A stretch of DNA of 64,000 nt from Mayamaea pseudoterrestris (taxonomy: Eukaryota): positions 124,001 through 188,000 of the forward strand of contig BROI01000019.1 in assembly GCA_027923505.1 (NCBI GenBank), read 5' to 3'. Numbering within the stretch: the stretch's first letter is position 1; every line of letters begins with the position of its first letter. Positions 9,332 through 21,939 of the stretch are shown one piece after another. The position numbers and the translations under genes are program-made. The notes under the pieces are model-generated. The model did no database searches, was not told the DNA's origin, and saw only the letters and a program-made list of their open reading frames with translations.

Positions 9332-12300
9332 ATGAATTATTCCTATCGCCAGCAGGCTCCGGCTCCAGTCATGTCCAATCCAGTGATTGACCAAGAGTAC
9401 GACTATGGACCATCCTCGTCCTTTCACTCGTCCGCCTACAATGGTTCTCCAGCAGCAGCTGCTGCCAAGAATACTTCCAAGCAAGCAGCGACGAGTCCGA
9501 CGGTGGATGGAGATGAAGCCTTGCTGGACTTGGCGCAACTGGAGGAGTTGCATCGGGAAGCGGAAAAGATGAAGGCGCTTGGAAACAAGCACATGGCGAC
9601 GCAGGTAAATTACAATGACTTGATGTTAATATGCATGGCGCATGACGGAGAATGTTTACATTTTTACAGCAACATGAATCTCATTCATCATCTCTCATTA
9701 TATCTTCAGGAATACACTCGCGCCTACAATGCCTACTCTGCCGCGCTGCAGCTTTCACCGGTCGGTCCCTCCTCGCACGTGTTTCTGTCGAACCGCGCCG
9801 CTGCCTTACTTTCGCTCAAGCGCTACAATGCCGCCGCCACGGATGCCCGACGGGCCATTGCACTGGCGCCAACCTTTGGCAAGGCGCATGCGCGGCTTGG
9901 ACAGGCGCTGTACTTTCTAAAGGACTACCAAGGCGCGGTGGCTGCCTATGAGGATGCCATTGCGTTTGAACCAGACAATAAAGTGACACTGACGTATTTG
10001 GAAAAGGCCAAGGTGAAGCTCGATAAACAAAAACGTCGCATGAGTGGAGAGGAAACGTCGATTGCTACCAGTGCCGCTGACTCTCATAACAATTACGTTC
10101 CGAGCGTGGCCACGACGGATCCGCAGGCGCACGGCATGGGCGGAAATGGATATCGCAACGTGCGGGGCAATCATGCGCTGGCGGCAGCGGCTGCACGACG
10201 ACTCGTTTCGCCAACGGCGAGTCAAGCTGGTGTGCCGCCGCAGCAGCAGCAATATAGTAGTGCCAAAACGTCGCCAAGTAACTTTGCCACCGGTGGACCA
10301 CCGATGAACCTTGTGCATGGCATGCCAATTGGAAATGGTGGTGGCAGCAATGGATATCGCAACAATAACAATACGGGTAGCGTTTCATTGCTCGGATCAC
10401 AGCAACGCTACCATGATCCAAATGCTGATCCCGACTTTGAGGAAGCTTTGCGGATTCAAATTCAAGCCAACAAGTATCTTTCCAACAAGCATTATAAAAA
10501 CGCCGTTGAGGAATACACTGCCGCCTTGTTCTTGGTGCCGGACGATGTCAATCTCAGTCCCGAGCTCCACTTGGGTCGGGCGCACGCGTTGAATGGAAGT
10601 CGGCGGCATGAGCGGGCCCGCAACGATTGCTTGCTGGCGATTCGACTCAAGCCATCGCCGGCAGCCTACTCGACGCTGGCCAAGTCATACTTTTACATGC
10701 GCGACTATAAAGCGAGTTTGCAGGCGTTTCAGGATTGCATTAGTTTACTGCCACCGGGCGAGTCCTTGGGAATGTTTGATCGAGCATATTACGAAAAGGC
10801 GGAAGCTGCCATTGAAGAGGAGGAGGCGAGTTTGAGCAATACCAGTCCGTCGCGAGGGTTTGGCGGAGGCATCAGTGTGTACTCGAATCGAACCGTTCCC
10901 AAGCTTCCGCCCCCGCGGTTTGTCCCGCGTGACGAAGCTATTCATGCATCTCCCAGCTTGCCAGCCATGCCCAAGCAGTGGCCGCAGCAGTTACCCAAGA
11001 GTCCGACGGCATTTCGATGTGGAGCTGAGCGTCAAGTGACGTTTCTATCAGAGGGACTTGGCATTAAACTAAATCGAGGATCGGATGGCATGGTGCGCGT
11101 CTTGTCAGTTACACCGTCTAGTCCAGGGTCGCCGTTGGTGCGGCGGGGAGATATCGTTCCCGGTGATGTTGTACGAGAGTGTGCCGGCGTTGACCTACGA
11201 CGTCCGATTACGAATATTATGTGGGGCGATACCGTCGCTCTCGTTAAAATGGCTTCACGGCCGATCACCTTTGTTGTGGCCAAGGAACTAAGTGAGGTGC
11301 CACCAGTCGTTCAAGAAGAACTAAAACGTGCCAGCGCGGCGAATAGCCCGACAAACAAATCTTTGACTCCGCAGCGGCCTTCCAATGCGAGTGGTGACGA
11401 AGCTGTGCGAAAAATGGACGACAAGTTTTCGTCGGAAGTACGTTTTATTTGAGTTAGCTGCATCATTGTATATGACTACCAATTGCAAACAATTGGTTGC
11501 TCACCTACTCAATTGTATACTATCGTCAGCTGATGTAATATTTTGTTGCCACAGGCTATGTCAAACGATCCGCTGGTAGGCGAAAACCAGCTGCATGAAT
11601 CATCAACAATAGAGACCGTCGTGTCTACCGGTAGTACTGGTGTCGAGCTATCACCGGAAAATAGGTCAAATGAAGAGTCGTTGATAACTCTGTCGGACGA
11701 TGTATCTTCATCAGTTCCGACAAGTGAACGGGTGGAGTCAACGAATAAGGCTCGACAGGAGACGTGTGACGTTGCAGAACGGACAAACCACTCGAATGAT
11801 GCTTTGATCACATATGCATCCCAAGCAGCCGTTCCAACGGATCTTCTAGCTTCCGAGTCACTCCAAATGAGAGGTTTAGAAGATCGACTTATTGGAGGCG
11901 AGATATTGTTTATTGCTCCCCCATCGAATTTTGGATGGGACAATCTTCGATGGCTCTCCTACTCGGGAATACGGAAAGTTGCTTTCGCCCAGCTTGGATA
12001 TCGATACTTCGAAAAGGCGAGGAAGCAGCTATTATGGTCAACCGAGACTTCATCCTACCAGAAGCGGCTGTTGGCGATTTACGATGAACCTAGTCTGATT
12101 TTGATACTGCGAAGGCCTGACAATGAGACGGAGCTGGTAGACGTGCTTGGACTCTCAGATCTAGATGATTTAAATGATGATCACTCGCTGGAAGCTTACT
12201 GGATTGTTGAGTCAGTGGTCGAACCCACAGCCTGTGCTTTAAAGCTGTCTACGTTAACCAGCGTATGTTCGATCCATTCGCCTAACGCGGACGAGCGACG

Positions 12301-14299
12301 CCTGTCATGTTTTGAGCTGCTAACGCCGGTTGAAACCATAGTATTTTCAGCTGTGCGAGTTCGAGAAGGTATTAAGCACTCGGAGCGGTCTTTTGGCGAC
12401 AGTGGCGCTTTTCTTGAGACATCGGCGACGGAGACAGCGTTGAGCAAGAAGCTCTGTTCTTCGCACGAGCAATCAAATCTCCTTGGTACCCCAGGGTCCG
12501 ACCTCTCTTGGAAGCACCAAATTATTCAAGGCACACTCCACGCTGTTGTTGTTTCTGGGAATCATAAATTGCTCGAAATGTCGCTACAGCTTGCTATGAT
12601 GCGAGCACAAGCGGATGCTGATGGATTCGCCGACATTAGTAAGTTGTCTCCGCGCATAATTGACGAGCAAGATGAGAGCGGGCTTACGCCACTCTATTAT
12701 GCCGTTACAAGGAAAATGAATCAGGCCGTTGCTTTGCTAGTGAAGGCTGGAGCGAGCACTGATTTTCGGGATGCCACTAGCGGCGAGACACTTGTGCATA
12801 TCAGCGCCCGACTGCATGACGACAAGTCCCTGTCAATTCTCTTAGCCTCTGAGTTGCCCCGGCCTAATCCTAATGCACTCGATGCTATGGGACGGACCCC
12901 AATGCATCTTGCTTGTCTCGATGGCAACGACGACTCGTTGTGCTTAGAACGCTGTCTGATGTCGCTTGAGGCTTGGGGTGGCAAAGTATTGATTCAAGAT
13001 TCCCTTGTTCCCGTTCAATCGCCGCTTGCTCGTATAGCTTCTCTTTGGCAGGCAGATAGGTTGTCTGTGGTTCTTCGTCATGTGCCTTTTCGACTACCGT
13101 TTCAACTAGACGATTCTCTTCGCGACAGTACCTTGTCGCTTGGAGCTCTTTACGAATATCCAGTTCATTCCGCTGTTGCCGCTTTTAACAGTATTTTACC
13201 AAAAACAGACGACACGACTCAGGCTGATAGCCATTTGATAAGAACTTTACGCGTTTTAATTGACCATGGCTTTGAAACTAACGAGCGCATGGATCGACTT
13301 CCGACTGTTGACACAGAGTTTGTGGGTTTCACCCCCCTCCAGATTCTGGCAATTCTCTCGCTCCGTTTAAAAGGAAATATCGATACACAGCAGAGAAAAG
13401 CGCATCTCCTCTCTCACAACCATGGCAGAGACGTTGCGCTGTTTCTGGTTTCGAATGGGGCAAGAATTATGATGGAGGCGCCGATCTCACGTCGGCCTAT
13501 TCTAATGGCATCTCCCTCAACAGACCAACTCAGTGCAGTCGACAATGACGAACATGTCAGCACTATTGCCTGGACTTCAAAGAATGATTTGTATCATGCT
13601 CTTGGAGTGGATGACGAAGCTGTAAAGCAAGCTTGGGCATGGTGGAAGGATTTACAATCAGCTCCGGCCTGCCCAACGCTCAACCTTTTGGATAATGATG
13701 CTTTGGATTTTCCAAACATCAACGGAATTGGTGGAAATAACGAAAAGTCGTGTGCGGTCTGCTGGAAACAATTTGGGGCGTTTCTTAATCGAAAACACAA
13801 ATGTCGTGTCACCCGACGCTTCGTATGCGATGAATGTTCTACAAAACGAGTGATTCGAGGAGAGAAGCACTACAGAGTTAGTGACGGACAATACATGCTT
13901 GCTCGAGCGGATGCGTCGTTTATAGATCGACATCCGCCAACCAAAATACAATCACATAGCGCAGACCAAGTGGAATCTACAGCTAAAGGGTATCCCGCGA
14001 ATAATCAGTTTAAACGTCGAGAAGCAGATGACCAAACGAACCGAAACGTTTTATTTGGTGGTGTGCTCAGTCAAGCTGCAGAATTAATCTTTGGCGAAGA
14101 TGCGGCGCAAGACCGCTCGTCTGCCTCGCTCAGTGGCCTTGCGGCCTCGCTTGGTGAGACGCGTGAGGCACTGAACCAACGAGGGGATAAACTAAGCCAA
14201 TTGGGCGACAAGAGCGCCGATCTCGTGGATGCCAGCGAGAGCTTTGCGAAAATGGCGAAAGAATTGGCCAAGCAGTCTGAGCGTGGAATTTTTTGGTAA
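9332..14299 (+). CDS. Multidomain protein: TPR-TPR-PDZ-ankyrin-FYVE-like-R-SNARE coiled coil (three exons predicted)
   Basis: Introns 9605-9709 and 11438-11554 (both GT-AG, phase 0) join ORFs 9332-11452 and 11543-14299. Motifs: TPR SNRAAALLSLKRY; PDZ GLGIKL; ANK GLTPLYYAV and GRTPMHLAC; FYVE-like CAVC..RKHKCR..VCDECS; SNARE ALNQRGDKLSQLGDKSADL. Confidence 0.75.
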
Positions 14300-14353
14300 C
14301 GAGTATTACTAAAATTGCATATGTATGCTATTTTGTAAGTTTTATAAATAAGT

Positions 14354-17300
14354 CTATGCGTAATAGTGAGGAGTACTCGTAACGTCTTCGAAAGCTTCCA
14401 GTTGCTCTTGCGTGAACATGCTCCGGTGAACGTCCCAGCTATCAGACATGTGCGTTCGCTTGTACTCTGCACAGCATTTCTTTACAGTGTCACGAACTCC
14501 CAGCGGTGCACTTCGTTCGAATGAATGCTTTGAAATCGCCTCCAGTGCTTGCGGTACATACGATGGAGTCTCGTATGGTTGTGACATGATGGACGAGACA
14601 AGGAAAAAGACCGAGACTTGCTGATCATGCGACCTTTTCTTTTCCTGTAAGAAATCTTTTTCCGTGACAAAGGAAACTGTAGCATCCTTTTTGGGTTTTT
14701 TCAGTCTTGTGCGATTAGCCAGCTTGGCATAACTATCGACCTTTCGAGCGACATTAGTTGTCGGCGATGCAGCCAGTATGCCAACCAAAGCCGACATTCC
14801 AGCCGATGACACTTCTCGACGCTCGTCAGCTAGCAGGCTAACTGCAATTGTAGTCGCTTTCTCGGCATCTTCTGGTCGTAGTAAAAATTTATGCGCAAAT
14901 TGGAAACATCTTAAAAAGTTTGCACCTCCCAGTCGCACCTGCCACTTTTCGTGCTTGCACGCAAATTCGGTGGCATCTAATAGCTGCACCATATCCTCAT
15001 CTCGTCCATAGGATACCACCGCTGTAATGCTGATATCAGAGATCATGTAACGATAAGCTTTGACAACCTCGGCCTCCAGAGCACGTCGTGTAGTATTTTC
15101 ATCCTGGTCATGTAAAATTCCGTTGCTTATCTCGTCCTCCGATGCCGAATCTAAAGCCTCAAATACCAGCGGAAGCAACGGCACGACATACTCAGAGTAT
15201 TCAAATTTTGACTCCCCAAGATGCACGCAGTAAGATATAAATCGTCGAACGGTGTTCAGGGCGTGACATCTTTCACTAAACTCCCAAGAGTCCACATTTC
15301 GTAAGGACATGATCTTGTGCAATATCATCGAGCTGGGGTCTTTCATTTTGTGGATTAACGGTGCTTCATGGGATATCCCACGCACGGCGCTCCTGACCAA
15401 CCGTCGGTAACTATAACAAATCCAAAACAAAGTGCGCGCAATGTGGTCACGACAGCTGTCAAAGGGATGGCCGAGGGCGCCTGTCAAAAAAGGCAAGAGA
15501 TTGTCATTGATAATGTTCCATAGTTCCGCCCAGCCAAGGTTTAACGATTTGCTTGAATTGCTAGCGAGAGTAAGTGGTGCCACAGGAAGCAATGCTGACT
15601 CGTACCATCTCCAAGAAGTGCATCGATTTCTGACGCTGCACTCGTCCATCTCAATTATTACGGCCGACATCAAGTGCAACCACTTCGACTGTGCCGTAAA
15701 GCCATCTGTTCCAGAATTGTGTCCATTGGTATCAGTCACAGTATCAACGACATGGCTCCCTGAGGCCTTTGACTGCCACAACGTACTTTTGACTTTGTCA
15801 GCTAGCCAGGAGTTTAGATGCATGAAAGAGGTGGCACGCGCATATTGCAGTGAAAATCTAAGTGCATCAAAATAGGCCCCACAAAGCGAGAAAGGGACTC
15901 GCGTTATGGCGTTCTCCAGATGCGGAAGTAAAGTTTCACCCCATACAGCCTCCAGATCACGAGAAGAGCGAATGTAAGTACTAGACACACCCGCAAAAAT
16001 TTCAGCGGCTGTAACCTGCTGATTTCGCTGGTCCTCGCTTGGTGGCGCCGAGGCGAGCTCCTCCGAAAAAAGCAATAGCTTTCTTGTAATGTCGTCCAGC
16101 ACTTGAACGTTATCAATGCTCGAGAGTGCTCTTTCAATTAGCTGGGAATGAGCGATTTTAAATGACCCAAGACTTTGGCTTGTTCGCTGAAACGGAAAAA
16201 GCGACTTCGGCGCAAGGTGGCGCGACGCGTCGCGAATTATGTTCTCTACGCCATTTGACCATTCTGATTTGTGACCGCCGCCGAAGCTTGTGTCTTCCTT
16301 GTGATCGTACACTAGCGCTTGTCCAAAAACCTTACAAAATGAGTCATTAGACAATCGCTGAATGAGCGATTCATGGTTTTGAGCTTGTTGCGGCAATAAT
16401 ATGAGCTTGCCCAGCATGCCAAGTGCTACCCTCTGAAGAGGCTGTCCGTTATTATTTTCAATTAGACTGAAGCATGTGGACCATAAAGCCGCGCACACAG
16501 GTGAATCCTTTTGAATATCTTCTTTGTCAGTGAAGTTTAACAAAAACCAACCAGCAAAGAGCAACATCTTCCAATGCGCCTTTCCACTGTCGGCACTGTC
16601 GCTCTCTTCCGAATCATTTAATTCTGTAGCCAGTTTGTCGGACACAGATAGCATGCCAATGAGGAAAGTGATACACTTGATACGATCGCCTTCGTCTAAT
16701 AAAGTGGTTGCAGGAAGGACATAAATACTTGACCGAAACGGTGAAAAGATAGCTTGGAGGTAGTGCACTACCTTTTGAAGTTCCTCAGCTGGCAGCAATG
16801 TCATTAACTCGTCTGTATAACAAAGTGTCTGTACAAATTTTAAACGCAGGGTCCATGAGCCAAGCAAAAGGCGCACTGATCGAGGCAGAGCGAGAATGGC
16901 ACAAACACCTTTTATTGCTTCGGCAAGTCTCTTCCGTTTCCCTTGCTGGTTGAGTTCGTTGGAAAGCTGCAAACATGACGGAACACCGAACTTTCCATGT
17001 AAATCATTGTCTTGTAAAGCGAGACCGCTCAGTAACCGGGGCACACGCGGACCTAATATCCAACCAAATCGTGTCAGCGCATAGTCGATGACACTGATTG
17101 CTGAGGCCCTTATATGGGTGTTAGAATGACAACAGAGTGCAAACAGACCATCGATAACTCCTTCATAGAGATCCAGTGGTCGACAAGACACCGTCTGTAA
17201 CATAATCTCGCGCGTTGCTATCATATCTGACAATGCATGGTCGACACTAAACAGAATGTTTCGATTCCGGTTCTGATCTCGCTCGTAACGTCTGAGTCTT

Positions 17301-20300
17301 CGAGGAATCTGAAAGCTAGCATTTCGCTGTAATAAATCATGAAACAGTTGAATGCGAGTAACAAGGAGTCGTCGAGAAATCGTTTTTCCGGCATCTTCAC
17401 CGTCTTTGAACAATATGCTTGATGAATTGCCATATTGATTGCCCATTTGTAGAACTTCCACAAGTCTGTCGACTGCTGCGCAAAGTGTAAAATCTGTTGC
17501 CAACTGCTTCTGAGCCTTCCATATCGTCCGTCCCTCCTGGGACCGAAAAGCAGCTCCCCTGCGCGTGAGGAGTAGCAAAGATATGTCGCAGCATTCCTTG
17601 CAAATTTTGGGATCAGAGGCGATGAGCGGCAACGTCTTTCGGTATGGATCATCAGCAGGAAGCGTTGCCGCTGCGTCTGGATACAGTGTGTCTGATGCAA
17701 TAATCGACGACAGTACGATCAATGTACTGCAAAGGCGACCACGGATCCCTCTCAATGCTGAGATGCTCTCTGTTGAAGCGATATCTAGTAAACGCGAGCT
17801 CGACTTCTCGTACGGCACAACGTCAGAATGATTTGCTCCTTCTAACTCACAATCTAAAAGCAAACCCGATCCACCGCGAACGACATAGCGAATAATCCTG
17901 AGACAACGCCGCAAGCCTATTACATCAGTAGTGCTAAGCATTACGCTCCTGCCCGATATGCCAAATTCTTCAGCAGCGTTACAAAGCTCGTCAAGGGGGC
18001 ATATTACGTGACTGGAGAGCAGCTCGGCGAAAAATTCAACGCATGAAATGTCAGGTACATGCCATATTACTTCGTCGCGATGCAACTGAGCCGACCGTCC
18101 TAAAATCAATCTCTTGCTTTTATCCTTGTATAGTCGCGGTCGGTAGTCACTTGAAATTGGGTAGGATTCCGACAAAGTGGCGAGCGTGTGACGAAGCAGT
18201 TTGCACCCAGTTTTCAGCAAATGCCGGTCATTCGAGGCGAGTGCGAACTCAATAGCTTTCGAAATGAGATGTCGGTGCTTGAGAAGTCCCGAGCCCGCTG
18301 ACTTGACAGCGCCCGCCAGACACCGCAACCTATAAATCATCGTCTTCGTTGAAATGTGACTACATTCCCCCGCGAGAGTTCCAATTAAGATATCAAGTCC
18401 CGGACTATCGACTAAACCATCTCGTACAAACCGTGCTGCCGCAGCAGCCTGACAAACAATAGCGACGTCCTTCTCAGCGGACAAGAGAGTCTCCTCTTGA
18501 ATAAAGCGTTCTACGGCCCTGACGGCAACGTCGTGAATCTCATTATCCATAGCTGCAAACAACTGCATCAAACATTCTGTCAGTACCCGTGAGAAATTTC
18601 TTGATTGGTGAACATCCGCAGAAGAGTGCCGGGAAGCAATTCCTGAAGATGACTTTGCTCTCTTTTCTCGCTCGCCTGATGCTCTCAGTAAACCGAACAC
18701 ACGTTCCAGAAACGCTAGTGACCAGTCGCCCATGGCAGCCGATGCTTCTCTCAACAAATCTTCTTCTTTCCCACAAATATCGTCATACGATGCGACATGA
18801 ACGCCCTGTCTGAGAAGTGAAGTATGAGGCAGGCTTTCTACAGCATTAATGTAATCGGGTGAATTACGCGTTGACGAAAAGTATCCAATCAAGTGTTCAG
18901 CGATACTCCTGGTCCCGTCTAACCGGTTTGTATCCCCAATATCGAGATCAAGAACGTTCCATGATTTTGAATTACCACCGATAGGGATCCAAGATGATAG
19001 GCTTCGATAAAGAATAAGCGTCCGAATGCACTTGTGTTGATCATTGCTATCTATCCCAGCAAGGCTCATGCGCAAGATATCCGGTAAACGCGACAATAAA
19101 ATCACCGGATCACTACGCAGCGAGGGCTGGATAAGCCCTGTCAAGGCGGACAAGGCGGCCGGAGCTTGATGGCTCATATTAATTGCTGACGTATCCAAGG
19201 CACTCATCGCAAAATCCAGAAAAGCCGGAGTTGAACGGACTGGATCAATTTGCACCAAATAGAGCATGGCAGCTTCTCCAGCGCGGCCGACGTGGGCATT
19301 TTTGCTGTAGATTGCTTGCTGGCATAGTGGTAGTAAAGCATCTAACAATATAACAATCTCGTTAGCAGGCACGTCTGCTCCACTCGCCCCTGATAGATTC
19401 ATCACAAACTCGCTCGCTAGCTCTGGATGAGTTGCTCGCAACGCCTCCAACCCCGCTGCTTCGCCACATCGGCAACACAATTCAAATGCAAAGTAATGTA
19501 GAAATGCCCCAAGTGTAAACGTCCAAGGACCAATATTGCTCGGATTAAAGTAAGGAGTCACGAAGGACAAGAATCGCAAAACATCACCTGTGCCTTCCGA
19601 GACACAAGGCGCTGTCGACCCTTCAGCTTTGTGCTTTAACCCACTTCCCAAACCTGACACCAATAGTTTAACAACCTTAGCAATAAAATCAATACCTTCC
19701 TCATAAGACGAGTTGGATCCTGCAAACGCCTTTAACCGCGACGGACATGCCCTTGAACGCGGATTGGGTGCTCTCGGAAAGCTCTTGTCCATGGCTGTTC
19801 CACCAATCGGCAGCTGCAGCCAGTACTGTGCATGCGTCAGGAGCCGGCGGCGAATCGGTCCCCAGTCGTACTTTGACGACGAAACATGCTTGCGAGCCCG
19901 ACAGAGGAGCGTCAACCATAGAAAATCGTACTCGGGACACCGTTCGATGTTTGTCCAGCATTCGAGCCACTCCGGCAAGACTTTTTCGTAGTAAGCGGAC
20001 GAGCATCGGGACGGCTGAAACAAGTACAACATGATGCTTCCTCGATAGCAGGCATGAGTATGCGAATGATACATGCAGTCCGTCCGCACCATGTTCCACA
20101 CCTCGTTGGCGGTGGCGTCGTTTCGTTGATCAAAAAAGTGGCGCGCATCCCGAATCATTTGACTCGTTCGCTTCACAATGTTGGATTGACGCGTGTGCGA
20201 GTCCGACGGCGAAGCGGACTGCTTGTGCTCGTCCAAGTAAGGTGCGGTTCGTAACAGGGCTCGCAGAAAGGACTTCCAGTGCAAGACAAGTCTGATTCGT

Positions 20301-21214
20301 TCAATATCGTCGCCGTCGCCCTTGCCAGGAACGTACAATGCCGCATTCGAAACGGCACGAAGCGGACCTTTGTTGGACAAAATATTGATAATAATAGAAA
20401 GAAGAACTTCGCGCGTCGGTGTTGGCAAGGCGAACGGCCGTTCCAACTCGCAATCCAGCGCCTCCTTTTGGGCGGTGTACGTTTGTTCGGCTGCATCGTC
20501 AGTTGTGGCTTGCTGCTCAGACTCTTCATCCTTGCCAAGAGTATAACTTCCATCATTTCCATTAACAATGACTACTTGACCAACCGACTCGAAATGCAGC
20601 TCGCGTGTCTCTGCATCATAACTGGCCATGACAAGATTCAACAAGTGCAGCAACACATTGGAAAGCTGCGTCTGCGAAAACCCGCTGTATTTGAGCTGCT
20701 CCAGTCCCGTCCACTGCGCCTGCAGTCGAGCGCACTGCTTGCCGAGCGTGGAAAGTTTGCAGGTGCGACTTGTGGAGCTGCTGCTGGATGACGACGTTGC
20801 GCTGGATGGAGCATCCGGCAAACCGGCGTCACCATACTCGTCGTCGTCATCGTCGTCATCCATGGCAGAGTCAATTGCTTCCTGGTCAAACCTATTGCCT
20901 TGCTGCTCAGACTCTTCGTTGGCAGACGATATATATAGCATTTCTGGTGTTAGCTGGATTGACATGGCAAGCTGGTAAAGTTCTTTCGCCTTGATCTCGC
21001 AATAGGTTGTAATATAGGGAATTCCAGTCTCCGGATCCTTGTGATGGTCTGGCAGGTTGTAGTGAAAGGCATGAGGCTGCACGAATGGTGGTGTTTCGTT
21101 GCTGGTCTCGTCATGCTTGGTAGGCAATGATAATGATGGAGGAGTGAAAGTGCTCGTCGATGAAGCTGCAGGACGTGTCGTCATATCCAAGTCCATCGGA
21201 TCGTCGTCTTTCAT
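14354..21214 (-). CDS. PSME4: Proteasome activator PA200/Blm10
   Basis: 2286-aa HEAT-like protein; GIDSNDQHK motif; C-terminal region PYETPSYVP...EYKRTHMSDSW ending in HbYX motif YYA*. Confidence 0.93.
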   Translation of the reverse strand: MKDDDPMDLDMTTRPAASSTSTFTPPSLSLPTKHDETSNETPPFVQPHAFHYNLPDHHKDPETGIPYITTYCEIKAKELYQLAMSIQLTPEMLYISSANEESEQQGNRFDQEAIDSAMDDDDDDDEYGDAGLPDAPSSATSSSSSSSTSRTCKLSTLGKQCARLQAQWTGLEQLKYSGFSQTQLSNVLLHLLNLVMASYDAETRELHFESVGQVVIVNGNDGSYTLGKDEESEQQATTDDAAEQTYTAQKEALDCELERPFALPTPTREVLLSIIINILSNKGPLRAVSNAALYVPGKGDGDDIERIRLVLHWKSFLRALLRTAPYLDEHKQSASPSDSHTRQSNIVKRTSQMIRDARHFFDQRNDATANEVWNMVRTDCMYHSHTHACYRGSIMLYLFQPSRCSSAYYEKVLPEWLECWTNIERCPEYDFLWLTLLCRARKHVSSSKYDWGPIRRRLLTHAQYWLQLPIGGTAMDKSFPRAPNPRSRACPSRLKAFAGSNSSYEEGIDFIAKVVKLLVSGLGSGLKHKAEGSTAPCVSEGTGDVLRFLSFVTPYFNPSNIGPWTFTLGAFLHYFAFELCCRCGEAAGLEALRATHPELASEFVMNLSGASGADVPANEIVILLDALLPLCQQAIYSKNAHVGRAGEAAMLYLVQIDPVRSTPAFLDFAMSALDTSAINMSHQAPAALSALTGLIQPSLRSDPVILLSRLPDILRMSLAGIDSNDQHKCIRTLILYRSLSSWIPIGGNSKSWNVLDLDIGDTNRLDGTRSIAEHLIGYFSSTRNSPDYINAVESLPHTSLLRQGVHVASYDDICGKEEDLLREASAAMGDWSLAFLERVFGLLRASGEREKRAKSSSGIASRHSSADVHQSRNFSRVLTECLMQLFAAMDNEIHDVAVRAVERFIQEETLLSAEKDVAIVCQAAAAARFVRDGLVDSPGLDILIGTLAGECSHISTKTMIYRLRCLAGAVKSAGSGLLKHRHLISKAIEFALASNDRHLLKTGCKLLRHTLATLSESYPISSDYRPRLYKDKSKRLILGRSAQLHRDEVIWHVPDISCVEFFAELLSSHVICPLDELCNAAEEFGISGRSVMLSTTDVIGLRRCLRIIRYVVRGGSGLLLDCELEGANHSDVVPYEKSSSRLLDIASTESISALRGIRGRLCSTLIVLSSIIASDTLYPDAAATLPADDPYRKTLPLIASDPKICKECCDISLLLLTRRGAAFRSQEGRTIWKAQKQLATDFTLCAAVDRLVEVLQMGNQYGNSSSILFKDGEDAGKTISRRLLVTRIQLFHDLLQRNASFQIPRRLRRYERDQNRNRNILFSVDHALSDMIATREIMLQTVSCRPLDLYEGVIDGLFALCCHSNTHIRASAISVIDYALTRFGWILGPRVPRLLSGLALQDNDLHGKFGVPSCLQLSNELNQQGKRKRLAEAIKGVCAILALPRSVRLLLGSWTLRLKFVQTLCYTDELMTLLPAEELQKVVHYLQAIFSPFRSSIYVLPATTLLDEGDRIKCITFLIGMLSVSDKLATELNDSEESDSADSGKAHWKMLLFAGWFLLNFTDKEDIQKDSPVCAALWSTCFSLIENNNGQPLQRVALGMLGKLILLPQQAQNHESLIQRLSNDSFCKVFGQALVYDHKEDTSFGGGHKSEWSNGVENIIRDASRHLAPKSLFPFQRTSQSLGSFKIAHSQLIERALSSIDNVQVLDDITRKLLLFSEELASAPPSEDQRNQQVTAAEIFAGVSSTYIRSSRDLEAVWGETLLPHLENAITRVPFSLCGAYFDALRFSLQYARATSFMHLNSWLADKVKSTLWQSKASGSHVVDTVTDTNGHNSGTDGFTAQSKWLHLMSAVIIEMDECSVRNRCTSWRWYESALLPVAPLTLASNSSKSLNLGWAELWNIINDNLLPFLTGALGHPFDSCRDHIARTLFWICYSYRRLVRSAVRGISHEAPLIHKMKDPSSMILHKIMSLRNVDSWEFSERCHALNTVRRFISYCVHLGESKFEYSEYVVPLLPLVFEALDSASEDEISNGILHDQDENTTRRALEAEVVKAYRYMISDISITAVVSYGRDEDMVQLLDATEFACKHEKWQVRLGGANFLRCFQFAHKFLLRPEDAEKATTIAVSLLADERREVSSAGMSALVGILAASPTTNVARKVDSYAKLANRTRLKKPKKDATVSFVTEKDFLQEKKRSHDQQVSVFFLVSSIMSQPYETPSYVPQALEAISKHSFERSAPLGVRDTVKKCCAEYKRTHMSDSWDVHRSMFTQEQLEAFEDVTSTPHYYA

Positions 21215-21939
21215 CTTAACCGCAAAATGAACTTTTCAACAAACTATGCAGCAAAACAAGGAAGATGAAGGATCAATAAGAAAAATTTGATAGATGCCTG
21301 CCGAGTGGTATCGGACATCAATTGAAACATCGTCAAACAGTCTTCATTTATCGACGTACCTTTTTGTCGCCACTTCAAAACCCAGTCTGTTCTTCAAAGC
21401 CAGAGGATCCTTGCGCTGTATAATAGTGTTTCGATATGCACCAATCGCCACCCTCTCAATGCTCTCAAGGCTGGAAAAAGGTCCTGTTTTGATCTTGACT
21501 GATGGATGCGCCGCGATGTCGTCTTGGGCAAGCGCGTCACGAAGCGGTACTGAGAAGCTCTATACGACTTCAGGTTCATTCGCGCTGTGCGGGTTGACTC
21601 ACTGGTAAAAGCTGCGGGAACAAGGGGACCTCACGGTCTTTGGCACTGCCCCGGCGCTTGCGCGCGGAATATATGTACTGAACAGTATATCGCTCCTGCA
21701 GCAAATTGCAATTCTGTGGCGCTAGCGACGAAGCGAAGGAATTCATTTCATCACGTCGCATCGCGACTGAAAATGAGCGTTGCTCGGACAGACGGCCTTC
21801 GACCATGGGACGACGATCGCAATGATCGTTTCATCATTCGCCTTGCCTTGTTTATCTCGATAGTATTCTCAGTTAACTAAACTCAACTAACTATACTTCA
21901 GTATCCAAGCTTGCTTTTAATCGAATCAAAAACGTTATC

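Noticed and set aside
14299..14354. Very short gaps between convergent genes (also ~5100-5170, ~24100-24160, ~32950-33000)
   Set aside because: Ordinary for compact diatom genomes
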